A stretch of DNA of 64,000 nucleotides, from NCBI GenBank assembly GCA_963705165.1, contig CAVPJD010000011.1:96001-160000 (forward strand), written 5' to 3'. The notes beneath the pieces were generated by a model. The model worked only from the letters and a program-made list of their open reading frames with translations, ran no database searches and was not told the DNA's origin. Of the stretch, positions 52,101-59,859 are shown in pieces (positions within the stretch are counted from its first letter, which is position 1; each line of letters begins with the position of its first letter). The position numbers and the translations under genes were made by a program. The stretch is from an uncultured delta proteobacterium. Lineage in GTDB: Bacteria; Desulfobacterota; Syntrophia; Syntrophales; UBA2192.

Positions 52101-52831
52101 TCAATGGCCGCCGCAAGCGACGGTCCCACCTCATAGTAGTAACGGACAAGGGCCTGTCCGGAAACCGTCTGCAGCAGGTAGCGGTCCCTGAACTGTCTCA
52201 GCACCTCGACAACGGGATGGTCCGCATCGCCGTAAGCGGCCGTGGTTACAAAGCACTGCCTGCCGCTGTATTCCGGGGGCGGGTTCGAGGTTGTGGGAAG
52301 AGAAGCGCCGCCGGAGTTGTTGTTGTTCCTCGGCGAGACGGTCGTGAAGAAGGATACGGTCCCTCCCGTGTCGGGGCGGGACAGAACGATCTGAACGCTC
52401 ACCGCGAAAAGATTCCGGATGTCCTGTCCCAAGCTCCAGAGGCTCACGCCGCTGGACGGGTTGAACATCACGGAAAAGGTCTGCACCCCATCGACCAGAA
52501 TGTCCCCTCCGGAAGACGGACAGGTCGTAGTTGCATAATCGGAGAAAAAATGGACTGCGCTGCCTACTTTCGCAACAGCTCGTCTTCCATAAGGGCTTTC
52601 ATAAACAACGCATGTGCTGTTTGCATCTTTGATCCCTGACAGTTCAATGAATTCCCTGTTGAGCCGGCCCAAGGCAACCTGGGCCTTCTGCGTGATGGCA
52701 TTGTTCTCCCTGGCAAAGAGATAGCTCCTTGTGGCCGTGGTCACGGCTGTGCCGGAGATCGCCGCAATCAGTCCCACGAGGACGAGCGAAACCATGATCT
52801 CGATGAGGGTGAAGCCCGCCTTTTTTCTCAT
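49160..52831 (-). CDS. Fused double prepilin: PilW-like pilin, internal CFI-box-CTERM-like domain, PilX-like pilin with a large beta-rich domain
   Basis: AG|FTLIE at the N-terminus. CFVTTAAYG...LRQFRDRYL...G..LV..YY..GP.LA from aa 193. Hydrophobic stretch, then QRG|AMLVTLIAAMVV...KAYYLAESG from aa 308. Confidence 0.85.
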   Translation of the reverse strand: MRKKAGFTLIEIMVSLVLVGLIAAISGTAVTTATRSYLFARENNAITQKAQVALGRLNREFIELSGIKDANSTCVVYESPYGRRAVAKVGSAVHFFSDYATTTCPSSGGDILVDGVQTFSVMFNPSSGVSLWSLGQDIRNLFAVSVQIVLSRPDTGGTVSFFTTVSPRNNNNSGGASLPTTSNPPPEYSGRQCFVTTAAYGDADHPVVEVLRQFRDRYLLQTVSGQALVRYYYEVGPSLAAAIEDKPIACLLVRLLVTPLAGFALLTMYCPVLIPVIFLLSWGLAHLALKALQRKSRCWAPRLKGQRGAMLVTLIAAMVVFSALGAVMIGMFGTSALSQVAGNNSMKAYYLAESGFRYAASSYINVSGANEATRETARDNLLETELHGKTFSLAQGDGGFRIDAYPYYYKVAEIPINSNQLRTRVTGGFPLEGTSYNNGSWVKVSKADGSGQQYVQIAGVSLHTYAGYNEVRFWTLSGNPWTNITDRDAVTPVAVPDSSNLTVTDGDGDGLIDYIPFVAGSGARAFPARNGIFTVNLASGESRVLSYRELDITNRRLKGVGDPNGLPLTSLTLKNPETASPTYKNYIELMKFIRLESTGIYGSGAAAVERKVTYSAPIGYARAEQPLKNQLSDTMANFANWLTGVDTSRIGTVTAGTSYGTTMRVGSAQSVYTYPGGNCVRIKEFQVGLNLAAARLTTGEIVYPAIQQEWLRAGNYLSYDLEMKTFYTLVNPFAKYGVGLTFRLDDKGNALGVTFARGVPGYDQYGCDNDGIPHGFLYGYPDYTPMLLFWMKRYEKQETDLYVDLSPHSTPTKFDDPPPVGTGTYAIQSYNPEYFWENGERVRFVNSGGALPPPLIPGRDYYIRKVVHNANVYLYLFSNVVGALNQTEPYWAGLVDITDWGTGTTTMIAQEPTYTKLAHQVVPGNEYYGLIQVSYYLKSWASFAARVLEAPSVSFTGGGGSSGREIVSGETLYQTADNLPGGTVTAVYRVARNPLYRDSSAGARNWVGNSAQGVILLERIQGNAKSNPSTTPFTAASKIFVGEHPGGTWAATASVSGDAVFRRRDNWVLMYVGDPTGNAPADTDPFNNYRNPVIRNSVLWPPENPEGTAIPSDNFTLIRFGDYVNPSLSCKVNGVDQSGSYCLQGFYSKGNTGSAGDVLRFASPDGALFHTPQSGVVFPANRAEVGLHAFGNDATFAEFDDFAIQFGPGPGPVRKGFLMPIQQ

Positions 52832-52851
52832 GCTTCGTTCTCCCGCAAATC

Positions 52852-53328
52852 CTATCGTGTAAAAAGTGCCGTGGCCACCTGGTCGCCGCGGCGGATCGTC
52901 ACCTTGAGCACACTGCCCGATATCTGGTTCGGGTCATCCTCCTCGACCCGGGAGGCATTGAACCGGACGTATTTGTTGCAGACAATATCGTAGGCGCCAT
53001 AGTGGGGATTTCCTTCGTAGCCCGTCGGTTTCGTCGCCAGATTCCCATAGGCGACATAGTCCTTGAAAATGGCCAGGAAGTTCGTCTGCGTGGCGGCGAG
53101 CCTCTTGTAGTCCGCCGTCATGTACTCCATGACGTGGGTGGCGCCGGAAAGGTTCTGCAGCCGATAAACAGGGTCGGTGCTGTGGATGACGCTCGTGCCG
53201 ACGAACTGGGCGAAGAAAACCCCCATGATGGCGGCGATCACGATCGTGACAATGACCTCCAGCAACGTGAACCCGCCCTGCCCGTGGCCTGTCCGGGACT
53301 TTCGGAAATGGTGAGTTCGCCTTTTCAT
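52852..53328 (-). CDS. Minor type IV pilin (PilV-like)
   Basis: QGG|FTLLEVIV class III signal. Confidence 0.88.
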   Translation of the reverse strand: MKRRTHHFRKSRTGHGQGGFTLLEVIVTIVIAAIMGVFFAQFVGTSVIHSTDPVYRLQNLSGATHVMEYMTADYKRLAATQTNFLAIFKDYVAYGNLATKPTGYEGNPHYGAYDIVCNKYVRFNASRVEEDDPNQISGSVLKVTIRRGDQVATALFTR

Positions 53329-53350
53329 GTCGCCTGCACCTCCCGCGCGA

Positions 53351-53839
53351 TCAGGGGATGAACCCGGTGTTTTTCGTCACGGTAATGGATGGCAACGCGC
53401 TTCCGCCCCCCTTGGGTTGAACGGTAATAGAGGGTATCACGCTGCTGCCGGGACTGCCGAATTGATCAAAGGTTATCTTGTTGCCGGGGGGTAGGCTCAC
53501 CTGGATGCCGCTGAGTTCCATGACCCCGTCTGCCGATTCGACACCGGGCAGGCGGATGACCGTATTTTCGTCTGGGTCCTTGAAAAGCCAGTATCTTGTC
53601 GACGACCCGAACTTGACCCCCCAGCTGCTTTCTGAATTCATGGCCCGCGACTGGGCATACCGCAGGTGATTCTTGAGGAGCTCCATCTCGGCACTTTGGG
53701 AGGGCGCATCTCCGGAAAAGAGCCTCGTGGCGGCAAAATAGGAAATGACCCCCAGGATCAAGAGCACCATGACGACCTCGAAGAGGGTGAACCCGCGCTG
53801 CCCGCCGAATCGTCTTCTTCTTTGAATCGCTCTATGCAT
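53351..53839 (-). CDS. Minor pilin (FimT/GspH-like)
   Basis: QRG|FTLFEV, LRYAQSRAM, ITFDQFGSP, TVTKNTG. Confidence 0.88.
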   Translation of the reverse strand: MHRAIQRRRRFGGQRGFTLFEVVMVLLILGVISYFAATRLFSGDAPSQSAEMELLKNHLRYAQSRAMNSESSWGVKFGSSTRYWLFKDPDENTVIRLPGVESADGVMELSGIQVSLPPGNKITFDQFGSPGSSVIPSITVQPKGGGSALPSITVTKNTGFIP

Positions 53840-54500
53840 ACCGTTTCCCGCAGTTCTGAATGGTCCGGATCAGGAAAAAGCCCGTCGGCAACCCGATGAG
53901 CGCAGAGAGCAGTGACATAAAGGCCGAAACCGGGATATCCCACTCCAGGGATACGAAGATCCCGTTCAGAAGGGCAAAACCGAGGTAGACAAGGGCGCCG
54001 ATGCGGGCCACGCGCAAGGCCAGCTTCCCGTCCTTCATCAGATAGAAGCCTATCGCCACCATGCACCCGGCCGTGACAAGCGCGATCTGCGGCTGCCAGC
54101 GGACCCAGCCCGGCATGGCCAGAGACGCACCCAGCTTGTGCAGGCCGACCATCAGAATAACGCCGAGGATGGCATAGAAAACGCCTACCATGATGAAGTA
54201 AAAAGAACACTCCTGCCCCGACACCGGGGAGCGAAGTGCATTCAGCGGATGGAAGCTGACCTCGTGGGGCCTCAATAGAACCTCGCCGAGAACCTTCCAC
54301 AGAGATGGCCGATGGGCCCGGATGCGGGACATGACTCGTTCTTCAAGGCCTGCCGGCGGATCGAGTGAAGGCTCTTCGCGCATCATCCAGGCGATTGCGT
54401 CGAGCTCATTACTATGGGATTCCGGTTCACCGGCCTCCGGAGAAGGTCCCTGCCCATCAATCTCCCCGATTATTTTTTCTATATTTTGATCAGAGTCCAA
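53832..54500 (-). CDS. Putative membrane anti-sigma factor
   Basis: DPPAGLEERVMSRI followed by about four TM helices, directly after the ECF sigma. Start uncertain (TTG 54500 or ATG 54533). Confidence 0.65.
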   Translation of the reverse strand: MDSDQNIEKIIGEIDGQGPSPEAGEPESHSNELDAIAWMMREEPSLDPPAGLEERVMSRIRAHRPSLWKVLGEVLLRPHEVSFHPLNALRSPVSGQECSFYFIMVGVFYAILGVILMVGLHKLGASLAMPGWVRWQPQIALVTAGCMVAIGFYLMKDGKLALRVARIGALVYLGFALLNGIFVSLEWDIPVSAFMSLLSALIGLPTGFFLIRTIQNCGKRYA

Positions 54501-54529
54501 GTTTCTTACCCTCTTACCCTCACACCTTC

Positions 54530-55102
54530 TCATCTTCTCGCTTCGTCATCGGCGAACCCGTCTTCTTCCATCATCGCCCGAATCTTCTCAAGGCCCCGGT
54601 AAACCTTCATCTTGGCGCTGCTGAGTGAATCCCCCGTCACAGAGGCGATGTCCTCGAAACTCAGCCCCTCGTAGAAGCGCAGGACCAAGGCCTCCCGGAC
54701 CGGCACGGGCATCCTCAGCAGGTAACTTTGGAGCCGCCGGCCCCGCTCCCGGCCGATGGCCGCATCGGCCGCGTCGCCGCTGGGGTCTGTCGCATCCGGC
54801 ATGCCCTTTTCGGTTGCTTCCTCAGGCAGGGCCTTCACCTTGCGGAGATGATTCCGGATCACGTTCAGACTCACCGTGTACAGCCAGGGGAAGAATCGCT
54901 CCCCTGCCCTGAAGCGCCCCAGGGACTGAAAGGCCCGCAGGAAACTCTCCTGGGTCAGGTCGTCGGCATCCTGGGTGCTTCCCGTCATGCGGAAGGCCAG
55001 ACTGAAGACCGGCCCCTTATAGGCATCGACCAGAACAGCAAAGGCCTCTCGGTCTCCCCCGAGGACGCGGCCGATGATCTCTCCTTCGTCGATCTGTTTC
55101 AT
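54530..55102 (-). CDS. ECF RNA polymerase sigma factor
   Basis: AFAVLVDAY, DADDLTQESFLRAF, FFPWLY, REALVLRFYEGLSFEDIA. Confidence 0.93.
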   Translation of the reverse strand: MKQIDEGEIIGRVLGGDREAFAVLVDAYKGPVFSLAFRMTGSTQDADDLTQESFLRAFQSLGRFRAGERFFPWLYTVSLNVIRNHLRKVKALPEEATEKGMPDATDPSGDAADAAIGRERGRRLQSYLLRMPVPVREALVLRFYEGLSFEDIASVTGDSLSSAKMKVYRGLEKIRAMMEEDGFADDEARR

Positions 55103-55367
55103 ATACAAATCGGACCGGCAAAAAGTCACATTATTTATGCATCTTCCATGACAAGCAGCAGAGCCTTTCTGCCTTTTTAGTCGATTATCGCCATGGAGGA
55201 AAGCTTTTTATAAACGGGAATAGATTGATGCTTTTCGATTTTTATTACCTTAAGCCTTATGCCTTATGCCTTTAGCCTTGCTTTATGGCATATTAGTTGA
55301 ATAATGAACAAGGTCGGCCGTCAGCAAGCACAGGGTATCGAGCAACCTGTCGGCACTTTTTCCAAGG

Positions 55368-56306
55368 ATGGAACCCGAACCGGTGCCAGCAGCTAAGGAA
55401 TCCCCCATCGAAATCAGCATCATTCTGCCCGCCTTCCAGGAGGAGCAGGGGATCCCGCCCCTGCTGATGCAGATAGGGGCCGTCATGGCAAAAATGAGGC
55501 GGCCCTATGAGCTCCTCGTTGTCGACGACGGCTCCATCGACGGGACGGCCGCAAGGGCCCGCGAGGCCGGGGCCCGGGTCATCTCGCATCCCTACAACAT
55601 CGGAAACGGGGCTGCCGTGAAAACGGGCATCCGCGAGGCCCGGGGCCGGGTGATCGTGATGATGGACGCCGACGGACAGCACGAACCGGCCGACATCCCA
55701 CGGCTCATCGAGCATCTCGGATCCCACGATATGGTCGTGGGGGCCCGCACGAGGGAATCCGAGACCAGTCTCCACCGCGATCTGGCCAACAAGGTGTACA
55801 ACTGGTTTGCCTCCTACATCTGCAACCGAAAAATTGAAGACCTGACGTCAGGCTTCCGGGCGATCAAGGCCGATGCGGCCCGGGCTTTTCTCTACCTGCT
55901 GCCGAACACTTACTCCTACCCGACGACGCTCACCCTGGCCATTGTCCGCTCCGGCCGGAGCCTGAAGTACATTCCCGTGAGAACGGTGCGGCGGGTCGGC
56001 CGAAGCAAGATCCGGCTCTTCCGGGACGGCACCCGGTTTTTCTTCATCATCCTGAAAATCGCGACCCTCTTTTCGCCCATGAAGGTGTTTCTGCCGGTGA
56101 GCGCGCTCATGTTTCTGACGGGTGTGGGGTACGGATTTATCAGGATCTTCTTTTTCGACACCCGGTACGGCCCCACGTCCGCCATGCTGATTACCATGTC
56201 CGTCGTGGTGTTCATGGTCGGGCTCGTCTCCGAGCAGGTGGCCCAGCTGCGATTTGACCGGAGTGAACCGATCCGGGGCCCGCAGGACGGAAAGGAGGGG
56301 CCCTGA
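55368..56306 (+). CDS. GT2 polyprenol-phosphate glycosyltransferase-like protein
   Basis: IILPAFQE, VVDDGS.DGT, MDADGQH, DLTSGFRA, two C-terminal TM segments. Confidence 0.9.
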   Translation: MEPEPVPAAKESPIEISIILPAFQEEQGIPPLLMQIGAVMAKMRRPYELLVVDDGSIDGTAARAREAGARVISHPYNIGNGAAVKTGIREARGRVIVMMDADGQHEPADIPRLIEHLGSHDMVVGARTRESETSLHRDLANKVYNWFASYICNRKIEDLTSGFRAIKADAARAFLYLLPNTYSYPTTLTLAIVRSGRSLKYIPVRTVRRVGRSKIRLFRDGTRFFFIILKIATLFSPMKVFLPVSALMFLTGVGYGFIRIFFFDTRYGPTSAMLITMSVVVFMVGLVSEQVAQLRFDRSEPIRGPQDGKEGP

Positions 56307-56325
56307 GAGGCCCGGTGTTCGCCAG

Positions 56326-57435
56326 ATGATCCATATCTTCATCGGAACGAAGGCCCAGTTCATCAAAATGGCTCCCGTGATGATGGAGATGAATCGTCGC
56401 GGGATGCCTTACCATCTCATCGAGACGGGGCAGCACGCCGCACTCACCGCCGACCTGATCGAGGAGTTTGGTCTACGGGGATCCGACACGCGCCTGAGGA
56501 CCGAATCGACCAACATCGCAACAATCGGCCAGGCTGCCCTCTGGACGTCGAAGACATTCCTTCACCTTTTATCGTCGCCGGAAGTCATAACGGGGGAAAT
56601 TTTCCGCGGTGAGAGCAGGGGGATTTGCCTGATCCACGGCGATACCCTGACCACACTCTTCTCGCTTCTCTATGCCAGGCGCTGCGGGATCCCCGTTGCC
56701 CACGTGGAAGCGGGCCTCAGGAGCTTTCACCTTCTCGATCCCTTCCCGGAGGAGCTGATCCGGCTGGCTGTCATGCGGTACAGCGACATCCTGTTCGCTC
56801 CATCGGACTGGGCGATGGGAAATCTCTCCAGGATGGGTTATGGGGACAAATCGATCACTGTCCGCGGCAATACCGTGGTGGACACGATCCGCTTCGCTCG
56901 TGCCCGTTACAGCGGGAAGGACAGGCCGGGCGTGCCTTACGTCGTCGTCACGATCCACCGCGTGGAAACCCTCTATTCGTCAACCCGCATGAATACGGTC
57001 ATCACGTTCCTCGAGGAGATCGCGAAGCAGCGCCAGGTGCTCTTCGTCCTCCACGAGCCGACGCGCAAGCAGCTCGAGCGGCGCAAACTTCTCGCCCGCC
57101 TGCAGCGAAACAGCCGCGTCGAAATGATGCCCCTGCAGCCCTACCTGAAATTCCTGGATCTCCTGGCGGGCGCCGAATTCGCGGTTACCGACGGCGGCAG
57201 CATCCAGGAGGAATGCTACAGCCTTAATATCCCCTGTCTCATCATGCGGGCCAAGACGGAACGTATGGAGGGGCTGGGTGAAAACGCGATGCTTGCCGGT
57301 TTCTCCCGGGAACGATTTGAGGATTTCCTGAAAGCCCTGCCGGGTCTCAAGCGGCGGGGAGCAGACGACGAGGGCGTATCCCCCTCGAGCATCATCGTGG
57401 ATCACCTGGAGAAATATCTGGAGCGTCATGGCTGA
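56326..57435 (+). CDS. UDP-N-acetylglucosamine 2-epimerase family (WecB-like)
   Basis: GTKAQFIKMAPV, TGQH, HGDT, HVEAGLRS, PFPEE, TDGGSIQEE. Confidence 0.88.
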   Translation: MIHIFIGTKAQFIKMAPVMMEMNRRGMPYHLIETGQHAALTADLIEEFGLRGSDTRLRTESTNIATIGQAALWTSKTFLHLLSSPEVITGEIFRGESRGICLIHGDTLTTLFSLLYARRCGIPVAHVEAGLRSFHLLDPFPEELIRLAVMRYSDILFAPSDWAMGNLSRMGYGDKSITVRGNTVVDTIRFARARYSGKDRPGVPYVVVTIHRVETLYSSTRMNTVITFLEEIAKQRQVLFVLHEPTRKQLERRKLLARLQRNSRVEMMPLQPYLKFLDLLAGAEFAVTDGGSIQEECYSLNIPCLIMRAKTERMEGLGENAMLAGFSRERFEDFLKALPGLKRRGADDEGVSPSSIIVDHLEKYLERHG

Positions 57436-58402
57436 GCCCCTTACCCATTTCTCCGTGATCGTACCCGTGTACAACGGCGCGGAGACCCTCGACGCCTGCC
57501 TGACGGCGCTCATGGAGCAGAATTACCCGAGAGAGCGCTTCGAGGTCATCGTGGTGGACGACGGGTCGACGGATGATACGGCACAGATCGCGATAAAGTT
57601 CGGCGTGCGATTGATCAGTCTGGGATCCAACCAGGGGAGAATTGTGGCGCGCAACACAGGGGCTCAAGCGGCCCGATTCGAGACCCTGATCTTCAACGAC
57701 GCACGGGTCACGCCCGAGCGGGAGCTTCTGGCGAAGATTGGCAGGCTCGATTACGAGCCGCTCATTCCCGACATCCGGGATTTTGACGACAGCCGCTGGG
57801 GCCTTCCCCGGTTCTTCTATCTGCTGCGTTGCAGGCTCTACGCCCCCTATTACCCCCTCTCAAAGGATCGGGGCGACTTCTGGATCACAACGGAGAATTT
57901 CGACCGGGCACCCAAGGGGACGGGCTGCTTCGTCTGCAGCCGCGGGCGCTGGATCGCGAACCAGCCGGAAACGTCCGACCGGGAAACGAGCGATGACACC
58001 CGAATTCTGAGAAAGATTGTCGCGACGAAACCGATTCTGCGCACCTTCGCTGCATCAGCCCGTTATCAGCAGAGGACCGGCTTCCTGGCCGTTGTTGCGC
58101 ACACGTTCCGACGGGGGCCCCTCTTCGCAGATTATTACCTGCGGCCGGGGGGTCGCTACTTTGTTCTATATGCCGGGCTCTGGGGATTCATTCTCCTGTC
58201 GCTGCTGCTGGCCGGACTGAATCCTTGGTATGGGGTGCTCTCTGCAGGTTTGACTCTCACCGCCCTTGCGGCCGCCACCATCTATCTTAGCCGGCGCTGG
58301 AGCGACATTCTTGTTGCGGCCGTCTGTCTGCCCGCCGTCGCGGCTGCCTTCGGCTTGGGAATTCTCAAGTGGCAACTCCGCCAGCTGTTCAAGAAGGGGT
58401 AA
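57428..58402 (+). CDS. GT2 glycosyltransferase with C-terminal TM segments
   Basis: SVIVPVYN, VIVVDDGSTD, ARNTG. Confidence 0.88.
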   Translation: MAEPLTHFSVIVPVYNGAETLDACLTALMEQNYPRERFEVIVVDDGSTDDTAQIAIKFGVRLISLGSNQGRIVARNTGAQAARFETLIFNDARVTPERELLAKIGRLDYEPLIPDIRDFDDSRWGLPRFFYLLRCRLYAPYYPLSKDRGDFWITTENFDRAPKGTGCFVCSRGRWIANQPETSDRETSDDTRILRKIVATKPILRTFAASARYQQRTGFLAVVAHTFRRGPLFADYYLRPGGRYFVLYAGLWGFILLSLLLAGLNPWYGVLSAGLTLTALAAATIYLSRRWSDILVAAVCLPAVAAAFGLGILKWQLRQLFKKG

Positions 58403-58783
58403 CCGGTGACTGCGAGAAATGCCTATGCAGATGATATAAGCAGTGGCACCTGCGCCGTCATCTCTTTCTCGAACGATGTGCTTTACGGATTCCCGGCTAT
58501 CGCGCCATACTGCCGTCCCACTGTCAGGCAGAAGCTGATTTCTCCGCGGATTAGAACTTTTTCCGGCAGATCGATCGCTTTCTCTCAGGAGCCAATATGA
58601 AGGTAACAGCGTATACAACGCATATGAATACATGCGATGGGGTATCGGTCTGTTGGGCTGTTGCGGTTCCTGATCATGCTCGAGACGAAACAATGATCGC
58701 GATGCGGCAGGTACGCGAGTAAATCGACGGGAGACTTTTAACTCGCCGGTCAAATGCAGTTTGACCTCTGGTTTACAGGGACA

Positions 58784-59794
58784 ATGAACGAATTGAATGG
58801 TATGTCGACAGGGAGCAGATGGCAAAAGCAATTCTTGCCCTGGGTTGTTTTCGCCCTGATGCTCGCCCTGTTGGGTCTATTCATGGCCCAGGAGAAGGAT
58901 CTTGCCTCCGTGCTTCTTCGCGTGAGCATGCTTTCCCTTGCCGGACTGTTCCTGATCCAGTGCCTGTTCAACGCGGTTTCGGGTCTGGTACTGAGAGAGT
59001 TGTCTCTCTTCTTCGGTGTGAGGCTGAACGGCACAGAATGGTATGGGCTTCCTGCCGCAACGACGATGGGAAACTACCTGACGCCCGCCTCCGGCGGCCT
59101 CGTGGCTCGAGCCGTATACCTGAAACAGCGTTACGGCATGTCGTACCCCCGGTTTCTGACACTCCTTTCGTCAGGGTACCTGATCAACTTCCTGGTCATA
59201 TCGGCGGTCGGCTTTTTCATCGTCATCGGCAAGTATCGCCACGACATGCATGTCTTGCCCCTGGCCTTTTTCTTCCTGGCCGTTTGCACGGTCATCCTCT
59301 TTCTGCTCCATCGACCCGTGCCTTTGCCCGATGGCGAGGGCCGAATAAGGCGGATCCTCCGTGATGTCGTCGGCGGCTGGACCCTGATGAAAAGCAATCC
59401 TGTTTTGCTCGGAAAGCTGATCTTGTTGACCCTGGCCAACATCCTGCTCGGCAGCAGCTCCCTGTGGCTTGCCTTCGACGCCCTCGGGTATCCCATTCCC
59501 GGCTTGGATGCCATACTGTTAAACCTCCTCCAGGCCTTTTCGCTTTTAGTCAGCATCACGCCGGGCAACCTCGGGGTGCAGGAAATAGTCGTCAGCCTGT
59601 CGTCAGGCCTGCTGGGACATGGTTTGGGTGCCGGGCTCCTGGCGGCGCTGCTCATCCGGGTTGTCACCGTGCTTTTTATCCTTACCCACGGCCCGTTATT
59701 CAGTTATCTCCTGTCGAAGGAGTTGGTTGCTCCCCGGAGCATGAATCAGATTGGCGGCGAGGGCAGGACGTCGGAGAAGAAAGAAAATCCTTGA
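58784..59794 (+). CDS. Lysylphosphatidylglycerol synthase TM-like (flippase-like) membrane protein
   Basis: Polytopic, with GNYLTP...ARAVYL and ITPGNLGVQE. Confidence 0.8.
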   Translation: MNELNGMSTGSRWQKQFLPWVVFALMLALLGLFMAQEKDLASVLLRVSMLSLAGLFLIQCLFNAVSGLVLRELSLFFGVRLNGTEWYGLPAATTMGNYLTPASGGLVARAVYLKQRYGMSYPRFLTLLSSGYLINFLVISAVGFFIVIGKYRHDMHVLPLAFFFLAVCTVILFLLHRPVPLPDGEGRIRRILRDVVGGWTLMKSNPVLLGKLILLTLANILLGSSSLWLAFDALGYPIPGLDAILLNLLQAFSLLVSITPGNLGVQEIVVSLSSGLLGHGLGAGLLAALLIRVVTVLFILTHGPLFSYLLSKELVAPRSMNQIGGEGRTSEKKENP

Positions 59795-59859
59795 GCTGCC
59801 AATCACGGCGGGGATAATAAGCACACATAATGAGTCATGCCCGTAAACGCGGAGACGCC

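Noticed and set aside
58403..58783. 380-bp gap inside the glycosylation cluster (64-aa ORF or decayed gene)
   Set aside because: No motif, RBS or structure I can support. It may be a remnant, and BLASTX would decide.
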